Source: Eledone cirrhosa (Eukaryota). From it: a DNA stretch of 64,000 nt. The notes under the pieces are model-generated. The model saw nothing but the letters and a program-made list of their open reading frames with translations, ran no database searches and had not been told where the DNA came from. The stretch spans positions 113,088,001 through 113,152,000 of the forward strand of contig OZ024744.1 of NCBI GenBank assembly GCA_964016885.1. The letters run 5' to 3'. Both the position numbers and the translations under genes were made by a program. Shown here piece by piece: positions 51,530 to 60,165 of this stretch; the stretch's first letter is position 1, and every line of letters starts with the position of its first letter.

Positions 51530-51774
51530 TGTAGGTGTCACGACAAAAAAACACACAGTCCACGCTGTAATGTGGCCGTGTAGGCAACACGGTAAAAACC
51601 TCCCAGACCCACACTGTAAATGTGGTTGGTGTTAGGAAGGGCATCCAACTGTAGAAAACCTGCCAGACAGTCCTATGCGAGCAAGACAATCACTCTTGCC
51701 TCAAGTGGGACTACCCCCGTCCAAACCCATGCAAGCGTGGAACACGGACGTTAAACGTTGATGATGATGATGAT
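51530..51774 (+). mobile_element. Nin-like module (RTE-A 3' UTR copy)
   Basis: Reverse complement of 18459-18704. Confidence 0.88.
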
Positions 51775-52545
51775 CATCATCATCATCAATATTTCCATTT
51801 AGTGTCAATTCATCTATGCTTGGATGGGTTAGACGGGTCATCCATGCCAGGAGGCAAGTCTGACCATGCTGCACCTTGCTCCAGTGAGGACAGTAAATTT
51901 GGCCAGGTATTTTACAGCTGGATGCTCTTCCTAACACCAACCACATTTACAGTGTGGGACTGGATGGCTTCGTTATGAGGTAGGACAGGCCAGTTGGCTG
52001 CACTGAACCTGCCTCACAACGGAACCACAGTTTTGGAGCCCGACCCATCTCACAACGGAACCATAGCTTAGGAGCCTGGTACTGGATGGCACCAATACAA
52101 GGAGCCTGATCCATCTCGCAGTATAGCCACCGTTTTTGGTGCCCAGTACTGATGAGGAGGAACAGGTGAGAGGCCACAGTTTGGGAGCCTGGCGTTGGAT
52201 GGCACCACTATGCGAAGAGGCCAGTTGGAGCCCAGTACTGGATGGCACCAATAACAGGAACCTAACCCATTTCACAATGTAGCCATAGTTTTGTGTCGCA
52301 GTATTGGATGACACCGCCATGAGGAGGGATGGGGCAGTTGGCCGTGCCAAACCCATCTCACAGGGTAACCATAGTTTAGGGGCTCGGTAGTGGATAAAGC
52401 CACTATGAAGACGGATAAGTGCGTAACCACAGTATGGGAACCTGGCTCACAGCAGGAACACAGTTTTTGGAGCCTGGCACTGGATGACACCACTATGAGA
52501 AGGGACAGGCCAATTTGACCGCACTGAACCCCTATAGGCAGTATA
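51775..52545 (-). mobile_element. Older Nin-like element followed by degenerate tandem repeats
   Basis: (CAT)n tail and Nin-like core at 51915-51957. Recurring CCCATCTCAC..CACAGTTTTGGAGCCTGG..CTGGATGGCACC units. Confidence 0.55.
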
Positions 52546-52812
52546 CGGTACTTAAGCACTGTAGCACATATAATAGTAGTCCTGTTATATTATCTTCAAG
52601 TCCTATGTCTATTCAATATAATATTTAGAATACATTATGTTAATGAGCCAAGGTGTAGTAGTAATTAATCCATTGTTTTATGATTGTTTCAAAGAGCAAA
52701 GAATTTAATTCTTGTGCATATTAATCAATAGCAGTTATACAACTCAACACCCATTCTACTATCCATTGTCAGAAACAACACACATTCACAAAAATGAAAG
52801 AAAAGTAAATAC

Positions 52813-52892
52813 CGTAAGACAGCATCATCTAATTCCTGAGGGCGATTTGTGGCTCCCATTATCAAAATCCTGTCATCTGAACTTCCCGATAG
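52813..52892 (-). CDS. SPAST: Spastin exon (80 nt), second region of homology
   Basis: tttgtttag|[26 protein letters not shown](R)|gtattt. Confidence 0.95.
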
Positions 52893-53699
52893 CTAAACAA
52901 ATAGATAAAATATAATATATTAAATTTCAGCTGATATTAATGTATTCTTCTTTGTCCACAAATTCCTGAGCGGGTGATGGAGGAAGAGTCCTCGGACACA
53001 TCTTCCAAAGGGTCCTCTCAGAAGCAACAGTTTCCAAATGATCCTCTGCAGTCACTGCCAAAGCTTCACTACAATATATGTATATGTTTCTCTAAACACA
53101 AACGCGCTTTTGCTTGTATGTGTAACCCTACCTCAATGTGTTTAGATCTCAGTTCCTAAAATGACTTAGTTGATCTATAGAACCATAATTTTTGTGACAT
53201 ATATCATATCAAAAGAGCAGAAAGGGTTCTTCAGTTAGGACAATAACCAACAATCTCTCTAGTGCTGCTGACACACAAAAAAAAAACACACCTAGTACAC
53301 CCTGTAAGGTGATCAGAAGGGTATCTTGCTGTATAAACTGTGTCAAAGGGTTGGGAGGACCCTCCAGTTATGTCAAAGACACAACAACCACCTTTGTGTT
53401 GTTGATCTACACAATAAACACACCCAGTACACTCTGTAATGTGGTTGGTTGACATTACAACCTCCCTTGTGCACTCAGTAGAACATATGTAAGCTATCCT
53501 CAGCCGATCTAGGTCAGAAGCTCCACTTCAGTACTGACTTGGTCTATGTAGATCAATCCAACACTTGCTAACAGGGAAAGCAGACATTAAACGATGATGA
53601 TGATGATGATGAATAATTAAGTTCCCACAACTGGTGCCATTGTAGACACTTTCTCAGTCAGTCATTGCCACTGGTCTATATTTTCCATCATACTCAGAA

Positions 53700-54210
53700 A
53701 GGTCTCAATGTTTTGACCAGTTCAGTTTTTGATGTTGTTGTACCAAGATTTTCCAAGTCTCCTCCTATTTTCCTCGACTAGCCTAAAGGATGATTTTAGA
53801 CAAGGAGTTGTAGCGGGATATATGACCCTACCAGGCCAGCTTGTGTCAAGGAGTGGTTCCTGTCTGCCAACATATTTGTTAACTTGTTGCTTGACAAAGC
53901 TGTTTGATTTGTGCTCTGTGTATGGGATGTGTAGCAACCTTCTGAAGCACTTGTGCTCCATGTATTGGATATGTAGCAACCTTCTGAAGCACTTGTGCTC
54001 CATGTATGGGATGTGTAGCAACCTTCTGAAGCACTTGTGCTCTGTGTATGGGATGTGTAGCAACCTTCTGAAGCACTTGTGTTCCATGTATGGGATATGT
54101 AGCAACCTTCTGAAGCACTTGTGTTCCATGTATGGGATATGTAGCAACCTTCTGAAGCACTTGTGCTCCATGTATGGGATGTGTAGCAACCTTCTGAAGG
54201 ACTTGTGCTC
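53700..54210 (-). repeat. LINE C-terminal remnant with a 42-bp tandem expansion (about 7 copies, 53908-54210)
   Basis: In-frame EHKCFRRLLHIPY repeats continue into EHKSNSFVKQQV..EPLL and RRR.GKSWYNNIK. Confidence 0.8.
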
Positions 54211-54256
54211 AAATGACTAGCTTTATTGCTCTATGTCAGCTGTGAGAGTCCAATTT

Positions 54257-54463
54257 TCACACCCATACAACACAGGGATCATATAACCAACTTTTCGTAT
54301 GCAGGGAGAAACCCTTCTTTGTCAGCAGAGGAAGCAGCTGCCTAAACTTCTTCCAACCCATCCTTATTCTAAATACTATGGCTTCGGAACACCCCACTCC
54401 CATGCTAATCTGATCACCTAGGTACCGGAAGCTATCAACCACTTCTATAGAACCTACCTGCAT
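54257..54463 (-). mobile_element. RTE subfamily-B-like internal fragment
   Basis: IEVVDSFRYLGDQISMG..GWKKFR.LLPLLTKKGFSL. Confidence 0.85.
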
Positions 54464-54499
54464 TATATATCATCATCATATATCATTATATATCATCAA

Positions 54500-54684
54500 G
54501 GGCGGTGGATTGGCAGTATCGGTGGAGGGTCGGACGCCATGCTTTCCAGCATAGTTACGTCCCTTTACGATCTGCGTTCAAATCCCGCCGAGGTTGACTT
54601 TGCCTTTCATCCTTACGGGGTCGATAAAATAAAGTACCAGTAATGCACTGGGTAATTGCTGGCCTTGTGCCTAAAGTAGAAACA
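54500..54684 (+). mobile_element. tRNA-derived SINE, full length
   Basis: A and B boxes, Meta-like core and a 14-bp TSD ATTATATATCATCA. Confidence 0.92.
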
Positions 54685-54859
54685 ATTATATATCATCATC
54701 ATTGTTTAATGCCCATCTTCCATGCTAGCATTGGTAGGACGGGCTGTCCCTTTGTGAGAGATCAAGTCAGGGGACTGTGAATCGCTCATACAGAACTGAT
54801 TTGGCTTGGTTTCTATGGCTGGATGCCCTTCCCTAACACCAACCACATTTACAGTGTGG

Positions 54860-54902
<43 letters not shown>

Positions 54903-55065
54903 TGATGCGGTTGGACTGCCAACCGCTATATCTGATTTGCTAAGCTGTCTGAACGTAATGTTATTACTCTGGGGTCTTTCCTCATCTGAGTGCTCAAGCT
55001 ACAGACCGATTATGCATATACGCTAGCTTGGCCGTGTACCAGAGCTTCGTCAATGCTGTACTAAA

Positions 55066-55129
<64 letters not shown>

Positions 55130-55600
55130 CTATTGAGATTTAAATTTTTTAAAATATAATTTTAAACAGTATAACCTTTATTATTTTTATATCTCATAGA
55201 CATAACTGATTATGGAGAGGCAAGCACATTGAATGGTTTCAATTATATCCCCATTTATCCAAACACACTACTCGGGGATTTGTATAGAGACTTCAAAGCA
55301 ACAAGAAGCCGTCCATTGATCCCATACTCCTGCAGAACATCCCCACCCCAACAGAAACAAGCATATGCCTCTTAACAATATAAAGTTTCAACAAGTTTCT
55401 CAAATTTATTTTACTTCCTTTTAGCAGACAACAATAGCGCCATCTTATGAATGTGAGAGATTTTTTATTTAATATACAAATCAAATGCCTTAAAAACTTG
55501 TAGAATTGACAAGATATTGACCTTAAATATTAGTGTAATGTTGGTTGTCTCAGCTAAATGAGGAATATATAGAGTTGTTATAATAACTATTGTGACTTAC

Positions 55601-55692
55601 CCCATCAAACTCTATGAGGAATTCTGTTTTTAAACGACGGCTAGCTTCATTTTCTCCTTCCCTCCTTTCACAAAGTAACGAGTCAATTTCAT
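55601..55692 (-). CDS. SPAST: Spastin exon (92 nt), Walker B
   Basis: gttttcag|(D)[30 protein letters not shown]|gtaagt. Confidence 0.96.
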
Positions 55693-55749
55693 CTGAAAAC
55701 AAGTAACATTTTTAATTAATGACAGTGATGGTGGGGTGGGGTTTAGTGT

Positions 55750-56455
55750 TGATAGTGTTGGTGGTAGTGGTAGTGTTGGTGGTGGTAGTGGTGTTGGTGG
55801 TGGTGGTAGTGTTAGTGGAGTAGTGTTGGTGGTGGTGGTAGTGTTGGTGGTGGTGGTAGTGTTGGTGGTGGTAGTGTTGGTGGGGTGGTAGTGTTGGTGG
55901 GGTGGTGGTGTTGGTGGGGTGGTGGTGTTGGTGGGGTGGTGGTAGTAGTGTTGGTGGGGTGGTGGTAGTAGTGTTGGTGGGGTGGTGGTAGTAGTGTTGG
56001 TGGGGTGGTGGTAGTAGTGTTGGTGGTGGTGGTAGTGTTGGTGGTGGTGGTAGTGTTGGTGGTGGTGGTAGTGTTGGTGGTGGTGGTAGTGTTGGTGGGG
56101 TGGTGGTAGTGTTGGTGGTGGTGGTGGTGGTAGTGTTGGTGGGGTGGTGGTAGTGTTGGTGGGGTGGTGGTAGTGTTGGTGGGGTGGTGGTAGTGTTAGT
56201 GGGGGTGGTGGTAGTGTTAGTGGGGGTGGTGGTAGTGTTAGTGGGGGTGGTAGTGTTGGTGGGGGTGGTAGTGTTGGTGGGGGTGGTAGTGTTGGTGGTG
56301 GTAGTGTTGTTGGTGGTGGTAGTGTTGGTGGGGGTGGTAGTGTTGGTGGGGGTGGTAGTGTTGGTGTGGGTGGTAGTGTTGGTGGTGGTAGTGTTGGTGG
56401 GGGTGGTAGTGTTGGTGGGGTGGTAGTGTTGCTGGTGGTGGTAGTGTTGGTGTTG
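55750..56455. repeat. G/T-rich simple repeat (GGT, GGTAGTGTT)
   Basis: Degenerate trinucleotide-based array inside a spastin intron. Confidence 0.92.
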
Positions 56456-56548
56456 ATACATTACATATATATTATATATATACACACACATATATATATA
56501 TATATACAATATATTAATAAATGGAAACTATATTTATAAAACCATAAT

Positions 56549-56614
56549 TATTTTATTATATATATTTCAAGGGCAACCAAGGCAAATTTTGGTGCGCTTT
56601 CATCAGATAAAATA
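56549..56614 (-). ncRNA. Intact type I hammerhead ribozyme, intronic and sense to spastin
   Basis: TATTTTAT CTGATGA AAGCGCACCAAAATTTGCCTTGGTTGCCCTT GAAA TATATA TA ATAAAATA, with a perfect 8-bp stem I. Confidence 0.83.
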
Positions 56615-56775
56615 CAAATTTGTTTTATAAATATTGACATACCCGCATAAAGACAACCTCAACGGTTGAGATTTGCTGGATAGTTGAGTGCTTTATATCA
56701 GTTATAAAAATGTTTAAGCTTGTTGAATCCCAACAAATTAAATATAACCTCTGCATATATATGTATATATATATA

Positions 56776-57990
56776 CAAGGGGGCTTCAAAAGGTTTGTTG
56801 AAAAAGTACATAGCTAAAAATGATAAGCAGGGATTTGTATCTCAATGCAGCTGTTCTAGTACTAACGTGTCATAACATTCTAAGATGAACTCTTAAATGT
56901 ATGTTGCAATGTGACACCATCAATCAAAAGTCAGCACCCACTCGAGCAACATGTCCTCCATCAAAATTGAAGCCCGGACAAACATCAAATTCATAGGGTG
57001 GTAAAGCAGCCAAATCATTGATGCTCTCAAGCAAGTTTATAGGGACAATGCCCCCCAAAGAAATCAATAACCTGTAAATGGATAAGTCGTTTTAGAAGTG
57101 GAATAGATGAAGTTAAAGATGATCCCCACAGTGGCAAGCCATCCACGTCAGTCTGTGGGGAAAACATTGATACTGTTCACGACCTAATTGAAAAGGATAG
57201 GTGAATGACCACTGAATCTATAGCTGACACACTCAACATCTCCATGTGTCTCTGATGGAGAGTTTGGGGCTGAGCAAGCTTTCCGTTTGATGGCTGCCAA
57301 AGCTGTTGCGTTCAGATCAGCAGCAAACAAGGGCAGATCTTTCGATGGAAATTTTGAACAAGTGGGATGAAGACTCTGAAGTTTTTCTGCAGAGAATTGT
57401 TACCAGGGATGAAATGTGGATCACGAGGACAAGACTCAATAGAAGCAATGGCAGCCCAGAAGTGAAAGTGGGCCAGTCAAGGCAAAATTGGAGCGTTCAA
57501 GAGTGAAGGTTATAGCCACTGTCTTCTGGGATGCAGAGGGGATTTTGTGGGTTGACTTCCTTGAGAAGAAGAGAATGATTACAACTTCATATGATGAAGG
57601 CATTTTGAGAAAACTGGCCAAGAAAACCACCTGAGGAAGCTGCATTAGTGCGTCCTCTTCTACCACGACAATGTGCCCGCCCATCAACCCCACCACCATG
57701 AGATGTGTTATGCGAATTTCGATGGGAAATCATCTGACACCAACCTTATAGTCCCATCCGATTTCCTTTTGTTCCCAAACCTGAAAACATCATAAAAGGT
57801 ACCCATTTTCCATCAGTTGAAGATATAAAAAAAGCTGCTTTGATATGGTTTAAATCACATGGCTCTGTTTTTCAGACTTAAAGACTGGTATCAACGCTTG
57901 CAGAAGTGTATTGACCTAGATGGAGCATATGTTGAAAAATAGATATAACTTAAACCCTTTTTTCCAACTGTCCTTTTTGAAGCACCCATG
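56776..57990 (+). mobile_element. Mariner DNA transposon, irritans/Hsmar2-like, transposase degraded (56951-57942)
   Basis: TA target duplication and imperfect TIRs (CAAGGGGGCTTCAAAAG / TTTTTGAAGCACCCATG). Reads KIEARTNIKF, IVTRDEMW, ATVFWDAEGI, HDN and LDGAYVEK*. Confidence 0.92.
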
Positions 57991-57999
57991 TATATATGT

Positions 58000-58148
58000 A
58001 CATGGACGAAGGTGGTGAGAGCAGACCTCAGATCGCTGAAACTCAACGAAGAGATGACGAAGGACCGTGACAAGTGGAGAGATGCTGTGCTGAATAGGAC
58101 CTGTCCAACCCTGGCAAGTAGGGAAAAGCGGACATAAAATGATGATGA
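58000..58148 (+). mobile_element. RTE subfamily-B 3' tail fragment
   Basis: Reverse complement of 24770-24920 with an (ATG)n tail. Confidence 0.85.
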
Positions 58149-58417
58149 TCTACCTCGTCATCATTTTACATCTACAATATTACAATATTCACTGATATGG
58201 GTGGGGAGAGTGTGGTAGGGTCCAAAACAATCCTTATCCAGGGTTACTATCCTCCTAAACTGGTCAAAGGACTATATCTTATTTCTACCCTAATCACATC
58301 TCCAATTTAGTTCCACTAAATACTAATTAATTATTCTATTTTTAATCTCATTTACACATTTTTACACTTATTATTTTCAATATTTTTTAATGTTTACTTC
58401 AATAAATCTCATCAGAC

Positions 58418-58795
58418 ATATGTGTGTGTGTGTGTAAGTGAAGTGTATGTATGGGCATATGTGTGTGTATGTGAAGTGTATGTATGGGCATATGTGTGAA
58501 TGTGTGAAGTGTATTGTCAAACATGTGAGTGTAAGTGTATGTATGGGTATATATGTGAAGTGTATGTATGGGTGTATGCATTAGTGCAAGTATGTGAGTA
58601 AATGTATGTAAGGTCACACGTGTGTGCGTAAGTGTATGTGTAGGCATAAGTGTGTATGTACAGACATATGTGTGTGTGTGCATCTGTATAAGTGTGTGAA
58701 TGTGCACATGAATAAGTATATCCCTGTAAATGCGTGTGTGTAAGTGCATATGTGTGTAAGTGTATTTATGCGTATGTGCATACATGTATGTATGA
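58418..58795. repeat. Degenerate (TG)/(TGTA) repeat
   Basis: Low complexity. Confidence 0.85.
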
Positions 58796-58813
58796 ATCAA
58801 ATGTATATGTTAC

Positions 58814-58889
58814 CCATAAAAATCACAGCAGGCTGTAATTCCCTGGCAACAGCGAAGAGGGCACGTACAAGTTTCTCTCCTTCGCCAAC
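58814..58889 (-). CDS. SPAST: Spastin exon (76 nt), pore-loop region; most 5' exon found in the window
   Basis: tttacag|[25 protein letters not shown](D)|gtaaca. Confidence 0.96.
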
Positions 58890-59039
58890 CTGTAAATTGA
58901 GGTAGTAAAATATTATATAACTTAGGTAGAAGTAGATACATAATACAGAATGAAAGATGCTACAAAAAGATATATATATATATAAATATATTAAGAGAGT
59001 AAAACAAAGAATCCTTTAATACATCAAAAGTTTTTATTA

Positions 59040-59077
59040 GCCGACAATGTTTCGTCCTATTAAGGACTCATCAGGGC
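59040..59077 (-). ncRNA. Type I hammerhead ribozyme (left arm, sense to spastin)
   Basis: GCC CTGATGA GTCCT-TAAT-AGGAC GAAA CATTG TC GGC. Confidence 0.85.
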
Positions 59078-59235
59078 AATCAAAACAACAAGGAGTAATA
59101 TCGGCAGATACAAGCCGGAAGCTCCGAAGAATATGGAGTGTACATACACAGTGTACGTACACTGTGTATGTACACTCCATATTCTTCGGAGCTTCCGGCT
59201 TGTATCTGCCGATATTACTCCTTGTTGTTTTGATT

Positions 59236-59273
59236 GCCCTGATGAGTCCTTAATAGGACGAAACATTGTCGGC
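59236..59273 (+). ncRNA. Type I hammerhead ribozyme (right arm)
   Basis: GCC CTGATGA GTCCT-TAAT-AGGAC GAAA CATTG TC GGC: canonical core and GUC site, followed by AATAAA. Confidence 0.85.
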
Positions 59274-59423
59274 TAATAAAAACTTTTGATGTATTAAAGG
59301 ATTCTTTGTTTTACTCTCTTAATTTTTTGGCTCTGTTTAACTGCATTGAGCTATACCTTTTACTGTCATTTCTATAATACGAAGAGGGTGTTTAACTCCA
59401 ACACGCTCCAGTATTTTAATCCT

Positions 59424-59455
<32 letters not shown>

Positions 59456-59456
<1 letters not shown>

Positions 59457-59820
59457 CTTCTTCGTTCACTTATTCCTGAGAGGGTTGTGGGGTCAGAGTC
59501 CTCAAACACCCCTCTCCAACTGATCCAGCTGGATCCCCAAGTGTGACCAGCCAAGCTCATTGATGTCATCCAACCATCTTGCTCGAGGTCTACCCCCAGG
59601 GTCCCTTGCCGATTGGGTTCGCCCATAAAATCTGTCCAGCGAACGAATAGTACCGGAGCAATACGAAGAGGTAGTGGCTCTATCTGGAGTGACTCTTTGA
59701 TCTTCGAGCATCACATTCTATTAAGTAACGTTACTCCAAAGGCCCTTTTGAGGCACCCTTTTCGGCCACGATCATATTCTTTTGGTCATTACTCAAGATT
59801 CATGACCATAGGTAAGGGGT
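59456..59820 (-). mobile_element. Rex3/Expander-like RTE 3' fragment
   Basis: GRPRARWLDDINELGWSHLGI on the minus strand and a short (AAG)n tail. Confidence 0.65.
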
Positions 59821-59949
59821 AGCAAGAATACCAAATTGAAGATAGTAAGTTTGGCTTATACGCCTACCCCACTTCTGATCAAGTTGGAGCATTACTGCAC
59901 TAGCTCCTACTATTATTTCACTTCATTCAGCCTCCATCATTTGTGAATA

Positions 59950-60165
59950 CTGCACAGGCATCAGAATGTGTTATAGACTGGATCCCAATGGGAGAGAAGA
60001 TTTGCCTCTTGAAGCTTAGATTGAAAGAAAGATCTCTGTGGGTGGTGCAAGTTTATGTACCAAACAGAGAGTCTTAATACTGATTCTTCCTTGATGGAGT
60101 CACTGCAGTGTTAGACATAGTTAAGACTGTCATATATGTTAATGAAACACTTCAATGGTGAAGTC
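59950..60165 (+). mobile_element. LINE apurinic endonuclease remnant
   Basis: CVIDWIPMGEKICLLKLRLKERSLWVVQVYVPN..FFLDGVTAVLDIVK, continuing into ILMRDFN in the satellite unit. Confidence 0.7.

Larger units (their letters stand above)
58990..59323. repeat. 334-bp perfect spacerless palindrome
   Basis: Centre at 59156/59157 (GTGTAC|GTACAC). The ORF track gives identical peptides on both strands. Confidence 0.95.

Noticed and set aside
53722-54220. Repeat-protein ORFs on both strands
   Set aside because: A 42-bp in-frame minisatellite derived from a LINE, not a host gene.
54500-54590. tRNA gene suggested by A and B boxes
   Set aside because: It is a SINE head with no complete cloverleaf and with flanking TSDs.
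55712-56509. Mucin-like or extensin-like Thr/Pro-rich ORF
   Set aside because: It is a simple repeat in a spastin intron, open in several frames, with no usable splice context.
59047-59266. Identical 68-aa ORFs on both strands
   Set aside because: A consequence of the palindrome, with no evidence of coding function.
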